Origin: an uncultured Desulfurococcales archaeon
GTDB taxonomy: Archaea > Thermoproteota > Thermoprotei_A > Sulfolobales > CAZFJX01
NCBI GenBank assembly: GCA_964519505.1
Contig: CAZFJX010000001.1
Location: forward strand, 15,543 to 79,542
Direction: 5' to 3'
DNA length: 64,000 nucleotides
Within the stretch, counting starts at the first letter, position 1; every line of letters begins with the position of its first letter. Positions 35,528 through 46,500 of this stretch are shown here, one piece after another. The position numbers and the translations under genes were made by a program. The notes under the pieces are model-generated. The model was not told the origin of the DNA. It was given only the letters and a program-made list of their open reading frames with translations, and did not search any database.

Positions 35528-36775
35528 GTGGTGATTAAGTTACATTCTCTAAATGAAGTTATTGACTGTATAGTTAAGTACCTTAAAATAAACTTAAAGG
35601 GGATTGTTAAGAAGGTAGGTATCGCTGACGCCGTAGGTAAGTACTTAGCTGAGGATATTAGGGCGTCTATGGATATACCGCCTTACGATAGGTCTGTTCT
35701 TGATGGTTATGCAGTTATTTACGAGGACATAGCATTAACAAGACCTGAATCCCCGGTTAAGTTAAGGGTTGTTGGTAATGTTGATGTTGATGAGTTTAAG
35801 GGTTATGAGTTACGTAGAGGTGAGGCTATTAAAGTATCTACAGGCTCACCACTACCTCGTAACGCTTCAGCTGTAATCCCTAAGGAGGGCTGCGTTGCTC
35901 AAGGGGACTACATCTATGTCTATAACCCAGTACCACCTAATTACGGAGTTTCTAAGAAGGGTGAAGACTTAAGGCGTGGCGAGTTAATAGTGTCTAAAGG
36001 GACCTTATTAAGGCCTTGGCACGTAGGTTTAATTGCTTCTCAAGGGATCCCTGAGGTTCTTGTCTACGAGCCTAAGGCATGCATGTTTAGCGTTGGTGAT
36101 GAGGTTATTGATGTTGGTAAAGTATTTAGCCCTGGTAAGGTTTACGCATCAACTACCTACTTAGTATTAACATATCTAAAGGAGCTTGGGTTTAGGGTTA
36201 GGTTTATGGGTTTTATAGGTGATGATGAAGAAGCCATAGTTAAGCTACTTAGGAAGTCTCTGAACCTATGTGACTTCGTATTCACTACCGGAGGTACTAG
36301 TGTTGGTGAGAGAGACCTCACTGTTAGGGCTTTAAGGAGGTTAAGCCCTGAGGTTCTTTACCATGGTGTAGCCTTAATACCTGGTAAGCCTATGGCTATA
36401 GCGGTAGTTAATGGTAAGTTAGTCATGTGTTTAAGTGGGTTCCCAGTAGCTGCCTTGGCTGAGTTAGAGGTCGTTCTTAAGCCATTACTATCTAGGGTTC
36501 TAGGTATGAAGTTCTTTGAGCCTAGGGTCATAGGTAGGCTAGGTAGGAGGTTAAGTACGTCACCAAACATGAACTACTTAATTAGGGTTAAGGTTAGTAA
36601 AGTAGGTAATGAGTACGTGGTTACGCCTCTAAAAATAACTGGAAGTGGTGTTTTAAGTACGTTAGTTAAGGGTAATGGGGTCTTACTCATACGGGAGGGA
36701 TCTACAGGTGTTGATGAGGGTGATTTAGTTGAGGTTACGTTATTAAGTAATGTTGAGGGCGGGGGATGTGGGTAG
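35528..36775 (+). CDS. moeA: molybdopterin molybdenum/tungsten transferase MoeA
   Basis: DRSVLDGYAV, STGSPLP, and the MoCF domain FTTGGTSVGERD. About 415 aa. Confidence 0.85.
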   Translation: MVIKLHSLNEVIDCIVKYLKINLKGIVKKVGIADAVGKYLAEDIRASMDIPPYDRSVLDGYAVIYEDIALTRPESPVKLRVVGNVDVDEFKGYELRRGEAIKVSTGSPLPRNASAVIPKEGCVAQGDYIYVYNPVPPNYGVSKKGEDLRRGELIVSKGTLLRPWHVGLIASQGIPEVLVYEPKACMFSVGDEVIDVGKVFSPGKVYASTTYLVLTYLKELGFRVRFMGFIGDDEEAIVKLLRKSLNLCDFVFTTGGTSVGERDLTVRALRRLSPEVLYHGVALIPGKPMAIAVVNGKLVMCLSGFPVAALAELEVVLKPLLSRVLGMKFFEPRVIGRLGRRLSTSPNMNYLIRVKVSKVGNEYVVTPLKITGSGVLSTLVKGNGVLLIREGSTGVDEGDLVEVTLLSNVEGGGCG

Positions 36776-38516
36776 GGCTATTTTTAAGGACTTAATTACT
36801 TTGGAGGAGGCTATTGCTAGGCTTGAGTCTGAGTTGCCACCTAAGCCTAAGGTTATTGAGGTATTTCTTGGTGAAGCTTTAAATAAGGTACTTGCTGAGG
36901 ATGTTAAGGCACCCATCAATACCCCGCCATACCCACGCTCGCTAGTTGATGGATACGTAGTTAATTATCTAGACGTTAAGGAGGCCAGCGAGGATAAACC
37001 CGTAAAACTTAAGGTTAAGGGTAGGGTTAGGGTTGGTGAGCATCCTGACCTAACCTTAAGGCGTGGTGAATCTGTAGAGATAGATACGGGCGCTGTAATA
37101 CCTAAGGGGGGTAATGCGGTAGTTCCTGTTGAGGAGACCAAGTGTGTTGATAATTATGTACTCATATATAGGCCCGTAGGTTATGGTGAGAATATAGCTT
37201 GGCCAGGCAATGATATTAGCTCTAGTGAGTTAGTAGCTACTAAAGGTACCTTAGTAACCCCTGAGCTCATAGGTGTTTTAGCATCACTAGGCATATCTAA
37301 GGTTAAGGTGTTTCGTAAACCTAAGGTATGTATTATAAGTACTGGTAACGAGTTAATAGAGCCTGGTAATGAGTTAATTAAGGGTAAAGTCTACGATGTA
37401 AACACTTATGCACTTACATCTAAGCTTAAGTCTTTAGGTTATGAATGCATTAGTTTAGGTATCGTACCTGACGACGAGGTTAAGCTACGTAAGGTCTTAA
37501 GTAGGGCTATGGAGTTATGTGACGTAGTAGTGATTTCAGGAGGGTCGTCAGCAGGTCCTGAAGACCTTGTTTATAGGGTTTTAAGTGACCTAGGTAAGCT
37601 CATAGTACATGGGATTAGGCTTAAGCCTGGCAAGCCTACAGCTATAGCGGTAATTAATGATAAGCCAGTCTTCGGGCTTCCAGGGAACCCTGTTTCAGCA
37701 TTAATGAATTTTGAGTTGATAGTTAAGCCTTACCTAATGAAGCTCTCAGGTCTTAAACCACCTAAGCCTCAAAGTATTAAGGCTACTTTAGCAACGATGG
37801 TTAAGGGTGCTAAAGGACGTAGGACCTATTACCCTGTAAAGGTCTTTAAAGGTAGGGGAGGTTACTACGCTTTTGGCGTTAGTTTTGAGTCATACATGAT
37901 TGGTAAGTTCTTTAGTAGTGATGGTTACATAATCATTAGTGAATTTAGGGACTCACCGTTAATACCTGGTGAGTTAGTTGATGTTTACTTACTAAGTAAT
38001 GAGAGGCTTAACTACAGTGTTGCCTGCTTTGGTGAGGAGCTAGACCTCATTACTAATAAGTTACGTAGTGAGGGTGTAAAGGTTAAAGACTATATATGCT
38101 CACCACCATTAACTAAGTTCGTTATCGATGAGTACATAGCTGACTTAGTAGTGACTTCAGAACTGCCTAAGGAGATACCTAAGCAATATGGCGTCATGGA
38201 GTTCAGACTTAAGTATGTACTTGCTGGTCGTGTAGGTAGCCAGATAGCCCTACCACGGTATCCTAGAGGGACTCTACTTGAGTATTTGGTTAATGAAGTT
38301 ATTAACATCTTAAGGTTGGGTGAGTATACTGAGATACCCGTAAACTCCTCGAAACACGCCCTAGCACTACTTAAGGCAGGGTACTTAACCCTGACACCAT
38401 TACCTAAGTACTTAGTTAGTAATGAGTCAATAGTGATTAGGGAATTAGGTTCAAGGAGTCTTTACTTATTATTCAAGAAAGAATTAAGTGGTTTAGTTAG
38501 ATGTGTTTTAAGTTAA
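36750..38516 (+). CDS. moeA: MoeA paralogue fused to a C-terminal extension of about 170 aa (probably PBP-like)
   Basis: PRSLVDGYVV, DTGAVIP and VISGGSSAGPEDL. The extra C-terminal domain is absent from the first copy. The start overlaps the first moeA (alternative GTG at 36765). Confidence 0.8.
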   Translation: MLRAGDVGRAIFKDLITLEEAIARLESELPPKPKVIEVFLGEALNKVLAEDVKAPINTPPYPRSLVDGYVVNYLDVKEASEDKPVKLKVKGRVRVGEHPDLTLRRGESVEIDTGAVIPKGGNAVVPVEETKCVDNYVLIYRPVGYGENIAWPGNDISSSELVATKGTLVTPELIGVLASLGISKVKVFRKPKVCIISTGNELIEPGNELIKGKVYDVNTYALTSKLKSLGYECISLGIVPDDEVKLRKVLSRAMELCDVVVISGGSSAGPEDLVYRVLSDLGKLIVHGIRLKPGKPTAIAVINDKPVFGLPGNPVSALMNFELIVKPYLMKLSGLKPPKPQSIKATLATMVKGAKGRRTYYPVKVFKGRGGYYAFGVSFESYMIGKFFSSDGYIIISEFRDSPLIPGELVDVYLLSNERLNYSVACFGEELDLITNKLRSEGVKVKDYICSPPLTKFVIDEYIADLVVTSELPKEIPKQYGVMEFRLKYVLAGRVGSQIALPRYPRGTLLEYLVNEVINILRLGEYTEIPVNSSKHALALLKAGYLTLTPLPKYLVSNESIVIRELGSRSLYLLFKKELSGLVRCVLS

Positions 38517-38939
38517 TTACTTACCTATTACCTCAATAACTACCCTACGCCTTCTAGGTCCATCTAGCTCTATGAGTATCAGTTCTTGCCACGTACCCCT
38601 AACTAACCTACCGTTACGTACTGGTAGAACCTTAGTCGAACCTATGACTGCTGACGCTAGGTGGGCATGCGCGTTAGTATCTATCTCGTCATGCCTCCAG
38701 CCAGCGCCTTTAGGTATGAGTTTCTTTATTAGCGTTATGTAGTCACTAGCTATGTGTGGTTCATACTCATTAAGTATTAGTGCCGCAGTAGCGTGTGGTA
38801 GGTGTATTATGCATATACCTTCAGAAATACCGCACTCCCTAACGGCTCCCTCAGCTAACTCAGTTATCCTTACTGTCTCAAATTCCTTATGGGTACTTAC
38901 GTAGTACTCCTTAAAACACACCCCCACAGATATCACCAT
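38517..38939 (-). CDS. YjbQ/UPF0047 family protein (secondary thiamine-phosphate synthase-like)
   Basis: HLPHATAALILNEYEP and DTNAHAHLASAVIG motifs. 140 aa. Confidence 0.8.
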   Translation of the reverse strand: MVISVGVCFKEYYVSTHKEFETVRITELAEGAVRECGISEGICIIHLPHATAALILNEYEPHIASDYITLIKKLIPKGAGWRHDEIDTNAHAHLASAVIGSTKVLPVRNGRLVRGTWQELILIELDGPRRRRVVIEVIGK

Positions 38940-38972
38940 TGAGGTTAAGGTACTAGACCTAAATAACGTATA

Positions 38973-40268
38973 TTGAGTACCTCACATACATATCTAGTGG
39001 GTTTAGCGGTGATACATAATTACTTAAGACTTCGTAGATATACCTACATAACTGTGTGCCTGACTACCATACTGGTGCTGACAACACTAACGTTCATCAG
39101 TATAGCTCAGCCTGAGGGATCTGGTAGTGCTGTTTTGATTAAGTTAACTATGACTGTCGATGGTGGTGCTGTATCACTTATTGAGAGAGGTATCTCTGAA
39201 TTACGTCCAGGTGAGTTACTTATTATTGAGATAAATACGTACGGTGGTTACTTAGCGGCTGCTGATAAGATTGTTGAGTTACTAGGTAAGGTAAGTAATT
39301 GCGTGGCTTGGGTAACTCCAGGAGGTAAAGCCGTATCTGCTGGCTCACTAATTGCTTTAGCATGTGGTAATGTGTTTATGGGTCCTAACTCAGTAATTGG
39401 CGCTGCCAGACCTACACCAGCTGATGAGAAGGTGGTTAACTACGTACGTGGAAGGTTTAGGGCTGTTGCTGAGAGGGCTTACAGCAGTAATGAGACCTTA
39501 ATTAATATTGCTGAGAGATTCGTTACTGAGAACCTAGTACTTACTGCTAGTGAAGCCTCCAAATTAGGTATCGCTAAGTATGTGAGTAGTTTTGATGAGT
39601 TACTTAATGAGTTAGGCGTTAACGTTAGGGAATCCGTAATCCCTGGCCCATGGGAGTACTTGATTTCACTAATATCTACCCCCTTAATATCATCATTAAT
39701 GTTTTGGGTTGGTTTTATGCTCATATTTATTGAGGTATTAACCACTGGATTTCAAGGCTACGTAATTCCTGGGGTACTGCTCATATTACTTGCTCTCTAC
39801 GGTATGTACTTAATACCTGTTAGTGTAATTGCTTTAGCTGTCCTCATATCGGGTCTAGTACTTATTGTTGTTGAGATCTATCAGCCTGGATTCGGTGTTT
39901 TCGGTATTAGCGGTATTGCCCTTAGTGCTTTAGGTGCTTACCTAATACTTGCTTCAGAGCCTTATGCGGTACTTACGTCCATACATTACGCAGTCATTAG
40001 TGGGTTACTAGTGTTTCTTGGTTTTGTTAGTTTCATAGCTTATGAGGCACTTAAGGTTAGGAAAGTTAGGAGGAGGGGTTATCGCGAGAAGCTTATTGGT
40101 TCTGTAGGTAGGGCTAAGACAGACATTCATAAGGATAGGCCAGGAGTTGTTTACGTACTTAATGAGGAGTGGACAGCCTTTAGTATTGATGAGCCTATAA
40201 GGGCTGGTGAGGAGGTTGTAGTTGTTGATGTGAAGGGTCTTAAGCTATATGTTAAGAAAAAGAGTTAA
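38973..40268 (+). CDS. NfeD-type membrane-bound ClpP-class serine protease with C-terminal OB domain
   Basis: INTYGGYLAAADKIV and GKAVSAGSLIALACG in the N-terminal protease domain, followed by 4-5 TM segments and a C-terminal beta domain of about 60 aa. Confidence 0.8.
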   Translation: MSTSHTYLVGLAVIHNYLRLRRYTYITVCLTTILVLTTLTFISIAQPEGSGSAVLIKLTMTVDGGAVSLIERGISELRPGELLIIEINTYGGYLAAADKIVELLGKVSNCVAWVTPGGKAVSAGSLIALACGNVFMGPNSVIGAARPTPADEKVVNYVRGRFRAVAERAYSSNETLINIAERFVTENLVLTASEASKLGIAKYVSSFDELLNELGVNVRESVIPGPWEYLISLISTPLISSLMFWVGFMLIFIEVLTTGFQGYVIPGVLLILLALYGMYLIPVSVIALAVLISGLVLIVVEIYQPGFGVFGISGIALSALGAYLILASEPYAVLTSIHYAVISGLLVFLGFVSFIAYEALKVRKVRRRGYREKLIGSVGRAKTDIHKDRPGVVYVLNEEWTAFSIDEPIRAGEEVVVVDVKGLKLYVKKKS

Positions 40269-40270
40269 TT

Positions 40271-41128
40271 TTACGTTTTAAGTAACTTACTTAAGGTCTC
40301 TAATAGTTTGGTTGTCTCCATCGGCAGTACTATTTTTGTTGATGGTGTTTGAGCTATTGACTTAAGTACTTCGTAGTACTGTAGTAGGAGCGCGTTTGAG
40401 CCTAACTTAGATGCTGCCTCATTAATTAGTTCTAGGGCTTTAGCCCTACCTTCAGCCTCAAGTATCGCAGCCATTTTATCTCCCTCAGCTCTCTTAATCC
40501 TAGCCTCCCTATATCCCTCGGCCTCGAGTATTGCTGATTGCTTCTTACCGTCTGCCTCAAGTATCATAGCTCTCCTAGTCCTCTCAGCAGCCATCTGCTT
40601 AATCATAGCATCCTGAACCTCCCTAGGTGGTTTAATCTCCTTAATCTCTACTGACGTAACCTTAATACCCCACCTATCAGTTACTTCATCTAGCTTAGCC
40701 CTTAACGTAGAGTTTATGTACTCCCTCTTAGCCAGTACATCATCAAGTACTAAGTCACCCACAATAGCCCTTAAGGTAGTCACCGCTATACCTGTAGACG
40801 CTAATACGTAGTTCTGTACTGAGGTAATAGCCATGGCTGGGTCAAATACCTTAAGGTAAATCAGTAAATCGATCTCCACTGGTGCGTTATCTTTAGTAAT
40901 ACATGTCTGTGGTGGTATATCGATGACCGTTTCCCTCAAATCAACCCAAACACCCTTGTCGATTAAAGGTACTAGGAATACTATGCCAGGGCCTCTTACA
41001 CCAATCATCTTACCTAGCCTAAACACGACAAGACGCTTATACTCAGGAATAACCTTAATATGGGAAGCAATGACAGCAACGACAACTGCAACAATAAAAA
41101 TCAAAATACCCAAAGTGATAGGGTCCAC
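40271..41128 (-). CDS. stomatin/prohibitin (SPFH, band 7) family protein
   Basis: N-terminal TM, an SPFH core (VFRLGK...VDLRE...TKDN), and an Ala/Glu-rich coiled-coil tail (EAEGYREARIKRAEGDK). Confidence 0.9.
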   Translation of the reverse strand: MDPITLGILIFIVAVVVAVIASHIKVIPEYKRLVVFRLGKMIGVRGPGIVFLVPLIDKGVWVDLRETVIDIPPQTCITKDNAPVEIDLLIYLKVFDPAMAITSVQNYVLASTGIAVTTLRAIVGDLVLDDVLAKREYINSTLRAKLDEVTDRWGIKVTSVEIKEIKPPREVQDAMIKQMAAERTRRAMILEADGKKQSAILEAEGYREARIKRAEGDKMAAILEAEGRAKALELINEAASKLGSNALLLQYYEVLKSIAQTPSTKIVLPMETTKLLETLSKLLKT

Positions 41129-41221
41129 AATCCGTCACCAAATAATATACGAAAAAACACAAAATAAACCCAAACAAATACTTAAATCTATGACTTAAGT
41201 TCGAAACATGCCTTAATTAGG

Positions 41222-42265
41222 TTAGTAACTCGTTTTACTGTATATTCTCCTTATTTCATTCTTTTCCTCTATTGCTTTCTCCATTATTTCTTTATATTTT
41301 GCTTTCTTTCCCGTACCTATTTCTTTAGCTATCTTTAGCTCCAGATTTAGCTCCGTATATATCCCTAACTCATTCGCTCTTCTCATAGCCTCCGTTATGG
41401 TTTCTGTACCTATTAATGCTTTAGGTAATGGCTGATTGCTAAATACGGTCTTTGTCTTTAGCAGATATAATACTGACTTACTTACGTCCACCTCAGCGTA
41501 CCTAGTACCATCCCTTATTGAAAGCCTGCCTAAGTAACCACTTAAGGCTAAATAAGGAACTTTACTAGCCTCAGTACCTGTTAACTCAACTAACCTACGA
41601 TAAGTACTTAAGTACTTAGTAAAAACACCTAAGGACCCTACATAACCACCAATACTAGCCAGACAGCTAATCCTATTAATGACGTAGTTAGGGTCTAATT
41701 CGCCATCACCACCAACACCTAAGACACCTATTAACGATGGTGTACTTAATGATGCTATACCAGATAATGTTAGTTGATCAGCTAAAGGGCTCCATAAGCC
41801 GTCCTCATAACCTAAAGCGAGTATGTCACCACCGACATCAACCCCCAATACAAACTCTATACCGTACCTCTCAATAAATGATCTAAGACCCTTAGTAACC
41901 CCTAACCAGCCGTGGCATAGATCAAAGACTATGCATGGTAATCCAGTAACTTCTTTAATAAAGGCTAAGGTGGGTTTAAACCTAACTAATCCCCTATCAA
42001 CTAAGCTATCATTACGTATTAATGCGTAACCATCACCTAAATCAACATTAACATACCTAGTCAAAGACACAGGACCAGGGAATGGGTCCCTAGACCACCG
42101 TTCCCAAGAAACACCACCAACAAAGCAATCGATACCTAAGTCACTAAGCATTAACGCGATTATGGATGCAGAAACGACATCGCCACCCCCACCAACACCA
42201 AGAACAAGGATCTTTTTAAAACTAAGTAAGTCACTTAGTGACTCAACCATGCATTCCTCAACCAA
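41222..42265 (-). CDS. DUF1152-like protein
   Basis: The LGVGGGGDVVSA motif near the N-terminus and a second GVDVGGD motif, as recalled for DUF1152. Confidence 0.45.
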   Translation of the reverse strand: MVEECMVESLSDLLSFKKILVLGVGGGGDVVSASIIALMLSDLGIDCFVGGVSWERWSRDPFPGPVSLTRYVNVDLGDGYALIRNDSLVDRGLVRFKPTLAFIKEVTGLPCIVFDLCHGWLGVTKGLRSFIERYGIEFVLGVDVGGDILALGYEDGLWSPLADQLTLSGIASLSTPSLIGVLGVGGDGELDPNYVINRISCLASIGGYVGSLGVFTKYLSTYRRLVELTGTEASKVPYLALSGYLGRLSIRDGTRYAEVDVSKSVLYLLKTKTVFSNQPLPKALIGTETITEAMRRANELGIYTELNLELKIAKEIGTGKKAKYKEIMEKAIEEKNEIRRIYSKTSY

Positions 42266-42425
42266 CCATAGCCTCAGAATTAAGTATTTAACTTTTTCGG
42301 GTAGTAATATCTGCCTAAGACTAATTAAACATTCATTAAGTGATCAAGAACGGGCAAGTAATCAGGCCTTATGAATTCATGTGTAGTAGGTTAATTAAGT
42401 TACTGAAGGGTTATAAGATATTACT

Positions 42426-42998
42426 TTGGTGCTACTAGTGTATTCCGTACCTAAGACCGAGATGCAAGTAACCCCTCTAGGATCGGGGGTTCCTGACGTA
42501 ATTAATACAGCACACTTACTTACTAAGGTATTGAGTATCATGAACGTGATTAAGGAGTTAGGTGGTGATCCCTCAGAACTAACCCCACTAACCAAATACT
42601 TACTCATACATATGTTGGACACCTACGGTAAACTCACATACATTAATGGTGCTATTGAGGAGCTAAGTACGTTGATTAGGTGTTGGTTATGGGAGTTAAG
42701 TAGTGATGAGGTAGAGACACTATATCACTTACTGAACATAGCTGAGCTCATGGCGTTAAGTAGGAGGGGCTACGTGAGTAAGGAGGAGGTTAGGGAGGCT
42801 AAGGAAGTAACTAAGGAGTTCCTTAAGTTTCTAGGCATAGATCTAAGTAAGGCTGTTAAGGTTAGGGAGGTCATTAATGCCCAAGAGCCTAATGTGATTA
42901 AGGTCAGGAAGCTAACCTCCATATGCTTAATAGCGCTAACATTATCTCTTGGTGGACTCTCAATAGGTAATCAATCACTTAATAACCTAAGAAGCTAG
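42426..42998 (+). CDS. hypothetical protein with C-terminal TM segment
   Basis: 190-aa ORF (TTG start) with a C-terminal hydrophobic stretch ICLIALTLSLGGL. Confidence 0.3.
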   Translation: MVLLVYSVPKTEMQVTPLGSGVPDVINTAHLLTKVLSIMNVIKELGGDPSELTPLTKYLLIHMLDTYGKLTYINGAIEELSTLIRCWLWELSSDEVETLYHLLNIAELMALSRRGYVSKEEVREAKEVTKEFLKFLGIDLSKAVKVREVINAQEPNVIKVRKLTSICLIALTLSLGGLSIGNQSLNNLRS

Positions 42999-43009
42999 AT
43001 TATGAGGGT

Positions 43010-43336
43010 GTGGAAATGGTCCTTACCTTAAGTAAGGTAGATGTGATTGCTGAGAAGCTTGTTGAGTACGTAGCTAGGGCTGCATCAAGAATAAGGTATA
43101 ATAGGGATAAACTAATGACCATAGCGGGCTCATCACTTTATGGTAAGGTTGTTAAAGTCATAGGTAGGGTGGCCGAATATATAGTTGAAGATAGAAATGG
43201 CTTACTATGGTGTAGGTTATGTAATAAAGGGCCATTCACTAAGAGAGGACTATACCTACACCTAGTTAGAGTACATAGCTACGAGATAAAGCTACTTATT
43301 GAGGATGAGTTAAGTAAGGAGGTTAGTAAGGCTTAA
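43010..43336 (+). CDS. small C2H2 zinc-finger protein
   Basis: CRLCNKGPFTKRGLYLHLVRVH, which is C-X2-C-X12-H-X4-H. Confidence 0.5.
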   Translation: MEMVLTLSKVDVIAEKLVEYVARAASRIRYNRDKLMTIAGSSLYGKVVKVIGRVAEYIVEDRNGLLWCRLCNKGPFTKRGLYLHLVRVHSYEIKLLIEDELSKEVSKA

Positions 43337-43500
43337 AACACTATTAAAAACCCATTATTAGTGGGGATGATTGAAGACTCCAATGGTGATTGATGATCAA
43401 ACTCCGCCCCTAAATGACCCTAAGGTAAGTGAGGTATTAGGGCATTAGTGAGTAAAGAGAAGAAGAATAATTATGTTGTTAAAAAGGCATTTGGTTTTAA

Positions 43501-46500
43501 TCACCTAACAACTAACGTGAATAGTATTGGTAATGTGTTATCGTAATACATGTATTCGTAGCCTCCATAGTAATATCCTACGGCTAACGTCGGTATTGGT
43601 GTTTCTACGTACCAACCTATGAAGTACCTCTCCTTAGGTGTTGAGTCAGTGGTTATATTCAGCTTCAGCATGTCTACATAGAATATACCTCTCCTCTTAA
43701 GTAGTATCTGATCCTCACCTAAGTAAATGCCTACAGTGCTTATGTCATCTATGTAATGAGTGCTGTTAAATCCGTCTATGAATGGGTATGCCCATGACTC
43801 ATTAAGTATTGGTGTTGCTGAATATACAGTTACTCTGTATAGTGTTGATGCTGTTGATGGCATACGGAACCACTTCCTATGGAACATTCTTATAGGTGTT
43901 ACCTGCACTATGAATGGCTCAGCATACACCTCACCAGCGAATGGTGCATTCCTAATCAGTAGCCTATACTTACCGGGGCCCCATACGGGCATTATTATCA
44001 TTGCAACACCGGGTGCTGGTAAGTCGAAGTGAGGTAGCCAGCCCCACATGTATAGTGGGTACGTTAATTTACCGCCAGTCACTAAGCCGTTAAGTATCAT
44101 GTCTTTCTTAATCTCATAGGTATTCCAATCAATAACTACGACCTTCCGAGGACCTGCTAAGATAACGTCTAAGTTGCTGTCCTTATACGGCCACATAACA
44201 GTTACGAGTAGTGCCTTAACGTTCGGGTCCTTAATATTTATAGTGAATACCCTCCAATCACTAGTTACGTACCAGCCATACCAATCGAAAGCTCCTCTCA
44301 ATGCATAGTTGTTGTAGTATAGGTCACTTGGTGGTGATCTCTCAGGCAACGTTACCCACGTTGTTACGTAGCTTATCGTGGTGGCTACAGTGAACGATAT
44401 AGGTACTAATATCTTCCTACCATCATCCTCTCTAGTAACTATTAAGTAACCTACGTAGTAGCCGCTTGGATAGTCCCATGGGACCCTTAAAAACGCTGTG
44501 AATACCCTCTTAGTTGATACCTTAATCTTCTTAGGTGCGAATATTATTGGCCAGTCCTCAAACTTATACTTCCTAACTATCAGTTTGAAGACTGCTATGT
44601 CTGATGTCTGGTTATACCACGCATTATAGAATACATGTAACGTTAGTACTACAGCCCTGCTCATCTGCAGTAAGTCCTCATAGGGTATGCCTAATTGCTC
44701 AGACACCTTCTGTAGTACACCCTCAAACTTCGTGCTTGCGTTAGCTATCGTGAGCGTTATCGTGTTAGCTATCCTATAGTCATTATGTAGCCACGCGGTC
44801 TCATTAAGTGTTATTGTTGAGTCATTGTTGAGATCTATCCAGTACCTTAATACAGTCATTAATTCAAGCCAGTTCTGGTAATATCCTGACCTACCGTATG
44901 GGTCTAAGTAACTATAATTAAACGTTAGTGCTAACTCAACCATGTCAACATCGGTGAAGTAAGACTCATCAAATACTCCAAGTATTAGTGTTGACCCTGA
45001 AGGTATTTCTGATAGGTTAATTGGTATTTCATATACTTCCTCACTGACTACCTTAAGGGTTACTGGCTTAATCTTGTAGGTACCCGCGCCCTCAATGGTT
45101 ATCCTAGCCCACGCAATACCTCCCCTACGCACATCGCCTAAGTAAATGCCTACGTCATTCCTGATTAAATCAGTTAACTTAAAGTCCTCATCAGTATATG
45201 CGTTAAGTGTGTCTAGTATCTCTGGGGCGAACTTCTCTGACTGACTTGATGAGTATACTAAGAACCCGTCATTGTTGATTATGAATGATACCGCTTTATA
45301 TGCGTTAATCCTGCCGGTTCCCTGCGATAGTGGGTCGTACGTTAGTGAGTCGGTTGTTGACTTAATTATTAACTTAACAAGCTCGGGCGTGTATGACTTA
45401 CTTAAGGACTTAAATGCTGAAACCATTAACGCTACGGTGCCTGCCGTCATTGGCGCTGCCATGCTAGTACCTCCGAATATCTCTGAGGCGAACCAGCCAT
45501 TACCTACACCCGCCCATAAGAAGCCCGCAGTCCATCCGAAGGCACCTATAGCAGTCACATCAGGCTTTAACGAGCCTAGGTTCGACGGACCTCTACTACT
45601 CCATATGACTACATCATCCCATGAGCCATGTAAATAACCGAAGTCCACCCTATAGCCGTAGCTAGTTGATGCGGCAACACTTATTGAGTATGAGGATGTT
45701 GTTGGCGGCGTTACCGTGTTAAAGCCGGGCCCGTTATTACCTGCTGCAACTACGTTAATGACTCCTGTCTTAAGTATTACGTAGTCATAGAATAGTGACC
45801 ACGGATCATAGCCAGTTGCGTAACCAAATAGTGGTGCTGCTACGAAGCCATAGCTACTGCTCGTTATATCGACTCTTGGTGAACCCCTATATACCCATGT
45901 CCAGTTACCCCATGTGTACTTAGGTGGTACAGGGTCGAAACCGCTTAGGAACAGTAGTGCCGCTATGGTGTTACCGTACCATAAGGCACCGGCTGAAGCC
46001 ACCTTAGCAGCTGGTGCTACACCATACATGTACCTCCAGCCATAGTAGGTTATGAATGAGTAACCCCTACCAGCAGCTACGTTAGCGCATGCAGTACCGT
46101 GCCCGTAGAAGTCGTAGGCAATAACTGCATATAAACCGTCAGGATCTAGTCCTGGGTATATAGCAGCTATCGCATCACCTACATGCCATGTGTTATTCGT
46201 GTATAGGTAAACGGTACCATCAGGTGGTGGTACAGGTATTATGCCTCTCTCAAGTAATGAGACAACGCCGTAGACATCATATACGTAACCAGCCAGTGTA
46301 CCTGCCGTGAAGTCTGGCATGCCGTCAACATCCCAGTCATAGTATGATATCTCATCACCATACATCATAGGTTTCTCATCAGTGAAGTTAAAGTCTGGTG
46401 TTGGTGTGTCTATGTAGCCTAACATATAGGCTATGTACTGCCATAAGGTTGATAAGTCAGCGTAGACAGTGTCGTAGTACTCACCGTTTGAGCTAGCTAG

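Noticed and set aside
42330-42415. GTGATCA ... CTGA in the DUF1152 upstream spacer as a possible C/D sRNA.
   Set aside because: The boxes are 56 nt apart and no credible internal D'/C' pair exists.
43380-43445. C/D-box-like strings (ATGATTGA, TGATTGATGATC) flanked by GGGG/CCCC, in the spacer after the C2H2 gene.
   Set aside because: No CTGA-type D box lies at the required spacing, and the box order does not fit C-D'-C'-D.
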